A stretch of 60,514 bases of DNA, filler included, from Dugesia japonica (Eukaryota): assembly GCA_001938525.1 (NCBI GenBank). It is 5 parts of 5 records of this genome, joined end to end, with 100 filler letters (N's around TTAATTAATTAA, not from the genome) between each part and the next. Parts side by side here need not be neighbours in the genome. Positions count along the whole stretch, not along the records: positions 43,518 to 60,514 come from MQRL01455521.1; 4 more parts are not named here. The stretch is one strand, 5' to 3'. Shown here one piece after another: positions 48,591 to 60,514 of the stretch. A model generated the notes under the pieces. That model had not been told where the DNA came from, ran no database searches, and saw only the letters and a program-made list of their open reading frames with translations. The number at the start of each line of letters is the position of its first letter. Positions within the stretch are counted from its first letter, which is position 1. The translations under genes and the position numbers were made by a program.

Positions 48591-49554
48591 ATGCATAATA
48601 AATAAATATTAAAATTCTCAGTTTTGTTTTAATTCTTTCTACTTATCTTGTCGATTTATCAATCTTATTATTCAATGAAAAGTGTTTGATTGATTTAGGG
48701 TTTCTGTATTTATATGAATTGGAATTAATTTTCATTTGGAAATCGATTTTTGTTTTTTGACGTAAATGAATTGAGTATATAATATTCATATATTTAAATT
48801 TACACATCGATATATATAAATAAATATATTACCAGTCAGTGCAATGCAACATTATGCTCAATTGAATGCATTGTTTTTAACCGCAGTGTTGTGAGGGTAG
48901 CGAATTAGAAATGAGCAGTTGTGCTGTGTACATTATATTGAAAAGGGGTGAGTGTGTGTTTATGTTGAAGATATAATTTAACCAATACACTTGTAGTGAT
49001 ATGACTGCTGAGTTAATAACAAAGACGATATTGAGAAGTGTCATTTTACAATTGGAATATTTTGTTTAACATTTTTTCGTCGGATTTTGGTGTTCCAGAA
49101 AGTATTTATTTCTGTTAGATTTTAAATCGCTGATTCTTTTCTAATTATTTATAACTTTACTATTTGATTTCTTATTTTCTATTTTCATTCCAATCACAAA
49201 AAGCACATTTTCACGAACGCACACACTGAACTAACAAACTGGAAAAATCACAATTTCATTCTTAACAGTGTTGCGCTCGCACCTAAACCAGTGATTTTAT
49301 TCGATTAATGAAAATAAACCAGCATTAGATTCAACAACGAAAATCCAATCGGTTTTTCTATTAGTGGATTCTGATTGATTGCAAACTGATTTATTATTGG
49401 TTTTCGTGTGTATATTGGATGTTTGCGTTATCTAATTTACCAAATTTTCTCCAAGAACTCTTTTAAATTCCTTATTTAATTATTATTCCATTTCTTTCAA
49501 AATTTAATTTCACTATTTTTGCGGAGAAATTGTTTCTCAATAATCCGTTTATTA

Positions 49555-49647
49555 ATGTTGGGTATGGATGAAAACTATTTTGAAAGTTGTAATCAATTTC
49601 CGGATTCTAACAATCCAATGGATTATTTTCAAATTCGATATAATCAG
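49555..49647 (+). CDS. Probable first coding exon of an unidentified host gene
   Basis: MLGMDENYFESCNQFPDSNNPMDYFQIRYNQ ends at a strong CAG|GTGAGA donor. Preceded by higher-complexity non-repetitive sequence with CCAAT motifs (~49189, ~49344). Confidence 0.45.
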
Positions 49648-52169
49648 GTGAGATAATAAAATTAAAATCATTAATATTAATTTTTTGATCATTTATTTTT
49701 TTAATCAATTGATTTCATGTGATCGATTATATTTTGGTGATATTTAATGATTGATTAGATTTGGGTTTTTGTTTTTTTTGCTCTCTCATTACCGAGTATT
49801 GATTATTATAATTATTGTTGTTACCACCGTATTTGGCGTTTCTGTTGTAGATTAGCTGATGATTAGATAAGTATCGTTTATTATCTTCCACTGCACTTTG
49901 ACTTAAAATTTTCTGTTTAGTATTTTTGTTATTATTATTGAATTTAGATTTAACAAAAAAAGTGGTTAATACAATTAATCAGTAAGAAAAAATCTTCGAA
50001 TCAATGATTAATGTAATTTGTTTGAATAACAGTTAAGCGATATTTTATTGATTTTTATTTTCATATGAGTAAATAGTAATTGCTCTTGGCTGAATGAGAG
50101 ATATGAATATATTTCATGTTATTGACATATTAATATATATTGAATTAAAGATATATTAGTGCATACTGATGGCTGGCGCTCATTTTGTTGGGAAATCGAT
50201 AAATTAGTATTAGAGAATGGCAGTTCGTGTTGAGTATGATAAAAGTTTGAGATGCATTAACATAAATTATTGAAAATCTGACATTCATATTTATTGATTT
50301 TTAATGAAATACGAAATCTTTTACGATTTCTTTTTTTGTTTACAATTTTGATTATAAAATCAAAAATTTTTCGTCCAATTATAAATGAGAAAATTGATAA
50401 AATGAAGTCTATTTATGAGTTAAATGATTTGAAATTAATTTAAATATTTTTCTTATATATGTGATAGTTTTCGTGTTATAAATCATTATAAAATTGATTG
50501 TTCTTTATAAGTTTAATCAATATAATTAATTATGATAATTTTAACTTTAATTATATTTTATAGTTATAATGGTAATTGTATATTGTGATAAATATTCTTG
50601 TTTAAATCTTCAAGTCTTGAACATTATTTCAACTTTATTGCAACCAACGTTTTCTTTCTAGTCTTAAAATTTTCTGTTATATTAGTCTTTCACTTTTCTA
50701 TTTTGGTATGTAAATAACTGAGCAAAAATAATGTTCAAATAAGTATTTTTCAATTCTCGAAAACATAAGTGTGAAAATAATTTCAGAAATTCATTTATTG
50801 TTAAATAGATGCAAAATGATTAATGAGGAGACTAAAGCAGTTGCAGTATTTAATATTGGAAAATAAAACCAATTTATCAAGATTTAAAATTTAGAATGGT
50901 TCTTTTAATTTCATTTTTCAATATGTATCATTTATATATAATCAAAAAAATTATAAAATTTTGTTAAAATTACAATTTCAGTAAAATCAATATTTATTAT
51001 TGAAAAATGATAATAAAATTAACAAAAATAACTAATTTAAAACTAATTTTAATTTATGATTATTTTTAATTGTGTTTTATTTGGAATGTTAATTTAATAT
51101 TAGAATAGTTATTTTTTTAAAATAAATTTTATTGTTATTTTTTATTGATAATTAATAAATATAATAATAATTGATTTAATAAGTAAATTATTATTATTAC
51201 TATAAATTTAAATATTGAATTTCTTGATTTTTTAAATTTCAAGTGTTAATAAATTAAATAAAAACATGAAAATTTGATCTATGATTTCTATTGTAATATT
51301 AAAATTCAAAAATAATAAGTTGATAAAAATTAGTTAATTTTTTCCAAAAATTCACTATTTTAGTTTTTATGAGAATTAATGAATTTACATTATAGTTGGT
51401 TTGTAGAATTTATTATAACGTAGCTGCTCTTAGCTTGGTAGCTCATGCTACTATTTCAATAGTCTTATTAATTCGTAATAAATGAAATTATAAGAATTTA
51501 TTATCGCATATTTTCTTTTGTATTACAAAGTTGTATTATTTGTCTATTAAATACGTTTTTCAATTCTAAATTGGCTAGAACTATTTTAAAGGTTAGAAAC
51601 AAGTGAACTATAATTTAAAATAATTTGCCGAATGTTATTGATGTTTCTTTTTTGATTTTAGTCAATTGATATTTACAGCTATTTGGTAATTAAAATCAAT
51701 AAACATCTAGAAATATGGCATTTCATCATATAGATAAATATGTATAAATATTTTATTTTACGTATGAATTTGATTTGTTCGATTTAAAATTAGACTTCAC
51801 TACATGTTATTATTCTTATTTGTCTTACCCTAGATTGAATCATGAATTACTGAAGAATTATTTAGGGGTTTCTCAGTAATATAAGAATGAAAACTACTTA
51901 TATTAATACAATTTAAAGTAATCGTTTCAAATATTTCGCTAAAATTTCTAGTTTTCTGATATTTTAAAATTTCCAAGAATTTTAGTTTTATGCGAAATAA
52001 ATAAAATAAAATTTTAGAATAACAAAGGTTTAGTTTTGAATGTATTTTATTAAGATTTTCATCAGGAAATACTGTTCATTTTCGATTTAGCGTATACAAG
52101 ATCTGAACTAAAATTAAAAAATAATTTTTAAGTCGACAGTTTACCTTTTTCGCTTTCAGTAAATGAAGT

Positions 52170-53200
52170 TTATTTCCAAATATTAAAAATAACTTTCATT
52201 ACATAAAAAGAATAATTTGTAAAAGTCTTTTTACATTTCAGTATGTTTCGAGTGAATTCTTTCTGCCTTATTATCTCCTTCACTATGCGTGATTTGCTTT
52301 CAAAAAGAGAAGTCCAAATTTCGTGTTTAGTTGACCAAAAAGTCTCTTGTAATGATAACCACAGTTCAAAATTTTGAAATTTATTCCTAAGATATCTCTT
52401 ATTGAGCAAATTGAAAAAGCCGAGGTCGCTAGCATTTAAATCTGGAGACTGTGCTCACTGGCTAATGATGGTAATGCTATCTCTTAAGTCATTGAAACGT
52501 TCAACATTATTCTTTCCAACGTGATGGCGAGCATTATCCATTTGAATAATCACATTCTGACACCACTATATTTTTTTTGGAAATTGTTGGCATAATTTAC
52601 GACCAGTCATCTGGTCGTAAAAATTATCTGTGGTTATTAGTCAATAACTTTATAAATATTACCCTTATTAGAAGAACGCAGGGCTTTGACATGTTTCTTT
52701 ATCCTCCAAATACCGACCAATGCATTAAAGCCATTTTCAATATTAGGTTTAGTAATAGCTGAAAGTATCATAATTTTTGGTGGAATACCTTGACTGAGTA
52801 ATGGCTGTTTTCTTCGCGGACTGTTATTATGATATCGTTTCCGGTGGTAAGTGTACAAGTTGAACCACTTCCCATCTATATCAACATGAGTATAGCATTG
52901 CTTGTAACGATTCTCTCGACACCATTTTTGCCTCTTCACAAGCATGGGGAATTTCAGTCACTTCAGAAAGAGACGCGATGTTAAAGGATCGACGCTTGCA
53001 AATAGCTTCGACAACTTGTTGTCTATCAGTATATTCTTCGGTATTCTTTCTTTTTGAACCACTCTTCCTATACAGTGTATCTCTTTCAAAAATGTTGTTC
53101 TTAAATCGTAGACATAATCTTTATTGACATGGAATGCGTTGCATAAATTTTCCACTGTTTTATATAGTGTCTGGACTTTGCCAATTTTTATAAGAATCCT
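52170..53200 (-). mobile_element. Tc1/mariner transposase of the plant-type DD39D lineage (degenerate)
   Basis: HVDIDGKWF...PKIMILSAITKP...VGIWR, IQMDNARHH and Q*AQSPDLNASDLGFF. Confidence 0.85.
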
Positions 53201-56200
53201 CTAATAGTGAATTAGCAATAATATTATTTCAGCTAAACAAATAATAATTATAAACTCTTTTATTAAATGTTGGGTTCTTAACATTAAATAAATAAATCGG
53301 TTTTTATGGTATATATATATATATATATATAAGTTATGAAATCTAAGTTGCTAGTTTTCGATTTGTATTCCAAACAATAAACTAACTAAATCAATAGTTC
53401 TTTGTTTCATTGAATTGTTAGTCGAATTGTATTTTTTCATAAATTCCATTTCTTTGTTTTATTTTTTAAATGTACGAATTTTTAATTAAATAAATGTATA
53501 ACTTAATTTGCCATTGAAATAAAGCCAAGTTTTTCAGATTGGTATTTTATGTGGAATTTTAGAAATCCTCTTTTTTGCTGCTTGATTTATAAGTTATACA
53601 TTTGTGTTTTTTAGTTTGGCATTAAGTAATTTTTTTATAATTTGCCATTTTTTAATAGCCAAGATTTGGATTTAAAAATGGCAAAATTTAAATATCGCAA
53701 CAGTGAAAAATTTATATATAAATTATCAGAACAAATTACAGTTCTCATGTTTATCAACCTACTGTATTTGGGGAGTTGATTTTTACCTATCAATTAAGTG
53801 GCTACTGAGAAAAAACTGTCCACATGATTATCACAAATCATTTGGCACATGGCGGCGATAAACATGATTGGCTTGAGAATTGGCATGTAGTTTCGGAAAT
53901 TTCTATTAATTGATTGAATTAGGCCATTTTATTTTATTAGCATTTTACGTGTAAATAGTGTGTTCTTTGTGTTATGCCATCATGTGGTTTTCATTGTAAA
54001 TTTTTTATTTAGATAACAAACTTTTCTACAGTAAAGTTTTGTACGATTTTAATTTTATTTATTGTTACAAATTTAATTAGAAAAAAACTTATAAATTAAA
54101 TTTTGGAAAGGTTTTTAAAATGTTTTTTGGATTATAAGGACAAAAAAAGTAAAATATAAAGATTTGAAATATAATTCAATTAGAAAAACAATATTTACTT
54201 AATATTTTTTTTCAACTAAAAATCAATAGGATTAGAAAAATATGTTTAAATCTGTTTAATATATATGTTGAAAATTGATTAAAACTCGATTTTATCAAGA
54301 AATGTTTTCTTTAGTTTATTATTCAGTCAGAAAATATGTAAATTTTGAATTGGATGACAATTTTTAACATTTTAATAAATTTCGTAAAGATTTGAAAATT
54401 AAACAATACTTATATTCACTTAATTTTGTTTGAATTTAACCGAACTTAATTGAATGAATAAATTTTGTCCAATCGTTATATAATATTTTAACTTGAAAAT
54501 TATGAAATTTTATTCTATTTTATGTTACGGAAAATGTAATTATTTAATATTCATCAATTATCAAATACCACGAATCGTTTAGTGTAGTATAATAAAGCGA
54601 CAATACAATAAAATATGTACATTATGTTCTTTTTAGCATTAGTTTTTCTTCGGCCGTTTAACCGAACATTTTGAGCCGCAAATCGAAAAGCTGCTATAAT
54701 TAAAGTAGGCCGTTAAAACAAAAAAACCGTATTAAGAGCAACCGTCTAGTGAGGTATTCATGTATATAGTATTTTTTCATCTATAACGCGTGGGTTATCT
54801 ATTCAATAAAGCGCGAAAACATGTATTTACTAAATGCCCGTTGTTGAAACATTTACACATTATAACACATTTCCCCTTTAAATCACTAGATTCGCGATAT
54901 ACATAAGATGCGAGTTATCGGTGAGATAAACATACTCGAAATTTGATCGAAGCTTTTTAATGAAATTATTCTCGCAATAATTGTATTTGTAAAATAATAT
55001 TTTTTATAACATTTTAAACCTGGGTTTGAAGCTTTCTACATTATTGTTAAAATTATTATACTGTGCTCATGGCCCTCTATAAATATAGAGGAGCAAGGAG
55101 ATTGTTGTGAAATNNNNNNNNNNNNNNNNNNNNNNNNNNNNNNNNNNNNNNNNNNNNNNNNNNNNNNNNNNNNNNNNNNNNNNNNNNNNNNNNTGAATGG
55201 TTCATTGAGAGCTCAAATAATCTTAGAAGCAGTCTTAATTATTTTACTTTGAGTGAAATGGTGGTTATGCGTAACTTTTATAAAAATAAAATTTAAAAAC
55301 ACTTCAAAACATACATTTTGAAATATAAAACTGTTTTTATGCGTTTTACTATGTATTTCATTGAGCTATTTTTGTGTAGTTTATGACAACAAAAATTTGG
55401 TAATAGTTCAAAATGTGATTTTTCAATGATTAACCCGTATTATTTTGAGATAAACTTTATATAAGGTGTAATTATCGTTTGCAAAAAAATTAAATCTTTA
55501 ACTCGGGTGAAACATTATAAATATTTTAAGATGCTAACAGTTGATTTTAAACCATATTTTTGTTATAAGTTAATTTATTTTTCCACATTCCCCGAAAACC
55601 AAACAAATATCATAGTTTGATTTAGTAATAGCAAAATTATTAGAGCATCTTTAAAATAATTAAGCTCGGGAAAATCCAGGTTTTGAAAGATTAAATTTTT
55701 AGTTTTAATTTCATTTGAATTAAGTTTTTAAATTAAAATTGAACTAAGATTTTCTTATGTAAATGCTGTGGAACACCAATTAATTGTACTAATTGTTTGA
55801 AAATCAAGACTGCTAATTGAGAGGCAAATATATATTCATTTAAAATTGCATTAGACGATTTTTATTTAAATATATGGAATATGCATTCCAGATTAACAGT
55901 TTTAATTAAGAAACTGTTTAAGGCCATTTACCGGGGTTCCACTGCGCAAATATTTCTGAAAATTCAACCATCTTATATTTATTCGGTGTTAATTGGTTTT
56001 CTATAAAAGTCTTAGGTATATTTAAATTAAATTAATAATCTTAATTAACAATTACTTATGTACCCAAACAGCACATTTTTTATTCAATTTTTTTTTTACC
56101 AATTTTATTGTGATTCTTTCCCTTTTCAATTTACTTTAGTTGTTTGAATTATTTTTTGTATATATTTTGAAAACATTATTATTTACTACTTAAATGTAAA

Positions 56201-59200
56201 TTTTTTAAAAAAATTATAAAAACATGTTCATTATAATTTTAAAATTTTCTTTTCAACAAATGTAATATTGAAATTAGTAATTTGTTGAAGATTAAAAACA
56301 TCTATATCCTTTTAATTACTAAATATTTTATTTTTGCTCTTATATACTTTAATTTTCACATATATATTATAAGATAATAAAGAAACCTATTTTAACAGAA
56401 TTCATATAATTATTTTTAATATAATTTTTAAAATAATTTAATATAATTTAGTGGTTATTAATATTCAAATTTTTATTATGGTTTAAAAAAATATAAAAGT
56501 CAATGAAAATTTTCTATTATAAGAAAAAAAATTAGAAATGAAGCTCACGAAAAAAAATTTCTCAATAATTATATATTTCGATAGATAATCGATATTTGAG
56601 GATTTTCTAGAAATTTTTAAATTATACATTTTTTTATCAAAAATTTTGTAATCGGTATAAAATTATTGAAAATTATCGAGTTTTTGGGGAAAAAATTGAT
56701 TTCTAATTTTTCTTATAAAAATATATTGAAATAAAAACGTTTTTTTAGATGTAATAGCGAACAAATTTATTTTTCTTTTATTTATGAAGTATCCTCATGA
56801 ATTAGTCAAAATAAATTTGTAAAATAACAATAACAAGGCATGATAAATGAATTAATTTATTACTTTCATAAAAACAAGTTCAAATGTCTTCGAAAAACTT
56901 TAAATTGGTAAAAAAAATGTTCACAATATTAGTTTGATTGTAATACGAAACCTTATAAGTTAATTAATTAATATGGAAGTTTATTAATTATTTAATTAAA
57001 TATTATGGGGATTTACAAGAAAAATAACTATTAAGAGTCAAAATTCATTAAGCAAACTTACAAAAGTGTAGAAATAATAAAGTAGAATACATTAAATGAA
57101 AAATTAAATAAATTAATGGAAATTGTAAATTACAAAAGAAATATTTAATCGATTAATTTTAGTAATTAGTTTCTATTACTTTTACTGGAGTCCTGAAACT
57201 AAAAATTTTCATTAATATTTATAAAGATGTAACCTTTGGTCTCTTCTATGTACACTTTATAATTAATTTTTTTTGATTTTTTGTTTTAATAACAATATTT
57301 TCGTTTAGATGAAACAATTTAATAGAACATTGGGTGTCTGAAATTATAATTTAAGTTGAATTAAAATGAATAAAATTAATGATAACGTAAATGTGAATAA
57401 AATATATTATGCAATTCTATTAATCTGCAGTTCTTATCTTTAGTTCATGGATTCCCAGTGCTCCGTTGCTTCTTCTTAGAGGGTCTACGAGGATTTGAAT
57501 TTTTTGATTAGTAATTGTAATTATTTTAATAATCATTTATTGAAACTGTAAATTGAATTTGAACTATATTGAAAACATTGTTGATTGGTTTTATTTGATT
57601 TTTACATTTCTATGGAAATATATAAATAAAAAATACAGTAGCAAATAATACAATAATAAATAATACAAATAATAATACAATAATATAATAATAATACAAT
57701 AAATAATACAATACACTTATTTATTTTTGTGGTAATAATTTTTGGTAATTAATTTACAATGAAGATATCTGATACAATAGCTGGGGTATAAATAGTTTGA
57801 AAAATTTTCAATGAATATCAATTTGTATCAATGATTTACTAATGGCTGCAAAATGTTTTAGTTATTCATCTTAATTTTATTTTGATTAAATAAAATTTTG
57901 GATTCTTATATAGCTACAGTCCACACCAAAATGGATACTTTTACAATTTCTTTTATTAATGCAAGTAAATTCTGGTAAAACACTTTTTTATATTTATAAT
58001 TTAAATTTTAAGCTTTCACATATGCCTTACTAGGTTTCATATTGCCATTAATTACATCTGTTTAGGATCGTTTGGTTCTTCTGATGACTTTGTAATTCAC
58101 GTGATAAAATAAGTTGTGCATAATTGCTATATTGTGATCTATTTCCACTTTATCGAATAAGCTTTTGTAGAACAAATGAATAAAAATGAATGTGAAAAAA
58201 TTCTTATTATTAGTAAATACAATTAGAAATAATCGCTATATTTCATATTTATAATTACCATTTTAAACAGCAAATATTACTTTAATATAAAATAAATTAC
58301 ATTTCTCGTAAAGGTTGAATAAAATTGAATAAAAAAATAACTGAAAATTAATAAATCGGTTTCAGATATACTGACTAAATTCAATTAATACGAAGCTTTT
58401 AAATTAATTTATGTTCTTTGGTATTAATTACATATTAATTAAGTTTATATTAAATGAGTTTATTGATTTATTATTATTATTATTATTATTTTTATCTAAC
58501 TTTTGAGTTTAGTTTCATTTCTTTTCTAATTTTTTGAAAACAAAAATCCACAGAAAAAGATAAACTAATAAAACAGTAAAATAAACGGATGTCGGTAATC
58601 GATTGGTACAATTAATTAATTAATCAATTAATTTAATAAATATTAGATAAATAAATGTTTTCGTAATAGATATTTTATTTCGTTGCTATTTCATGCGATT
58701 AAAGTTTTTTTTTCAAATGTCGATCTTGAATGTATATTGGTTTATCAAATATTGAATAAAAACTGCCTTTTTAAAAGTTTTATCAGAGAATTGTTTTTTT
58801 TACAATTTCTTCTCTGTTTTTTTATTATTATAAAATTTTGAAAATAATTTAATCTATTTGAAAAAATAAATAATTTGGCAAAAAAACATTACATAAATTT
58901 CTCCGTATTGTTTTCATTGCTAATATTTATAGATTATTTTAATTGTTTATTGAAAAAATGTTTTCTTTTATGTCAAATGAATTCTCAATCAAATTTTTCT
59001 TTCTTTGTATTTGGGGATTTGAAATCATTACTATTTGTTTAAATAACATTTTTCTGTCTTAACTAAAATTGAAATTTATTGACGGAATCTGTGAGTAATG
59101 ATTTTATTCTATTGATCATTAAAAGAAATTGTTTTTCGTCGATTGGAAATTTTAAGAGAATTGAATATTAAATAAATTGATAATTAATTTAACTGTGACT

Positions 59201-59959
59201 TAATATTATTTTCTGCTTATAATTTATATGTTTATTATATCGATTTATTTAATCGTTATCGTCATTATTAAAATTAAAAATAATAAATAATTATTTTTTA
59301 ATTTTATTTAGTAAAGGATTAACGTTTTTTCTATAATCATTTTTTTATTCAAATTGAATTTATTATTTTTTTTTATTATTATTATTTATTTATTTATTAT
59401 TATTATTATTGAATTTATTAAAATTATTACTAGTTTTCGTTATTTATACAAATGATATCTTTATAAAAATATTTTAAATTACAATTAAAAGAATATAAAA
59501 TTACTAAACTTTTTAAATAGATAATCTGTCCTTCGAAAAAATATCATGTATCATTTCAACATTAAAATCTTTTTATATCAATCTCTGATTTTGTTAAAAT
59601 ATAAAAATACTTGTAATTATTTGAAAATTTATTCATCCCGTCATGTGTTCTATACAAATTAAAATATTTATAAAATTGATTATTATTATTTAATCGGTAA
59701 TATAATAATTGTTTATTTAATTTATTGTTTATTGAATTTTAATTAATTATTTTTTTTAAAAGGTATTTTTTCATTTTTAATTGTGAAAAATATTTTAAAT
59801 ATATTAACTACCTTTGAGAAAGTTTTTTAGTTTTGAAAATCTAAATCAAATTTGTTTACTATAAATCAAATCAATAATAATTTTACTTTTTATATCACTT
59901 TTTTAAAAATTATTATAAATGATTTGTTATAATAGATAGCAATTTTAAATAGCAATCAA

Positions 59960-60514
59960 TATGTCTACTTATTATGACAAAACGATAAAAGTCTTGCTAG
60001 GAGGAAGTTAAGAAGAACTTATACAGTTCTTTAAATCAAAGGAGTTACCGGTTTCATCAATGCAGTGTAAGTATTATGAAAGTGAGATAAATTAGTCAAA
60101 ACAAATATCCACGAGAGATCGATTGGTTTAGAAATACCAAAAGAAACATTGTAGTCTCTTTAAGACTACAATATTCATAAGAAATTTTTCATTTTTTGGT
60201 AGTTCCACAATCAATCTTAAAACTTGGTAGGAGATTTTATATCGATGGGCATTTGAAAAGATTATTTGTCAGATAACAAAGTCAATATCGATTGCGTCAC
60301 CTACCCTAATTAAGATATTTAAATTGTGAGTAACCTATGTCTCCAACGATTTTCTCGTGCATCCAATTAAATTTTCAGGAGAAAATGTTGTATGTCAAAT
60401 TGACGAAAGCTTTATTAACCCTCAAACAGGAGCTCATACCCAGAATGTCGAATCATATTGGAATAAACAAAAATCGCGTTGTAAAAATATGCGAGGAATT
60501 AGAAAAGAATATTT
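59960..60514 (+). mobile_element. Merlin / ISXO2-like (IS1595) transposase remnant, internally deleted
   Basis: IKFSGENVVCQIDESF is joined directly to INPQTGAHTQNVESYWNKQK...MRGI. Confidence 0.85.

Overview
Very AT-rich eukaryotic (animal; flatworm/planarian-like is my inference) draft sequence. It consists of five pieces joined by an artificial 100-bp linker (N44-TTAATTAATTAA-N44 at 11374, 20614, 33948, 43418), so adjacency across the linkers is not evidence of biological linkage. Most of the window is decayed mobile DNA: two nested Penelope-like elements with minimal hammerhead ribozymes, an R2/NeSL-type non-LTR retrotransposon, Ty3/Gypsy, mariner, a plant-type DD39D-like mariner, hAT MITEs, piggyBac and Merlin. 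Two probable host exons are also present. The most interesting segment is 20714-33947. It holds a Polinton/Maverick remnant (packaging ATPase, small core protein, chromo-integrase, penton) whose integrase is split by a ~6.3-kb block carrying an HNH-type protein-primed PolB and orphan ORFs. It also holds a compact same-strand cluster of short ORFs with ubiquitin-like and phospholipase-A2-like signatures. A family of AGTAGGTA(N7)GCGCACT termini occurs four times, once beside a ~46-bp repeat array, a TBP-like micro-ORF and an HTH ORF. All family assignments come from motifs recognised by eye, no searches were run, and boundaries are approximate unless a TSD or splice site is cited.
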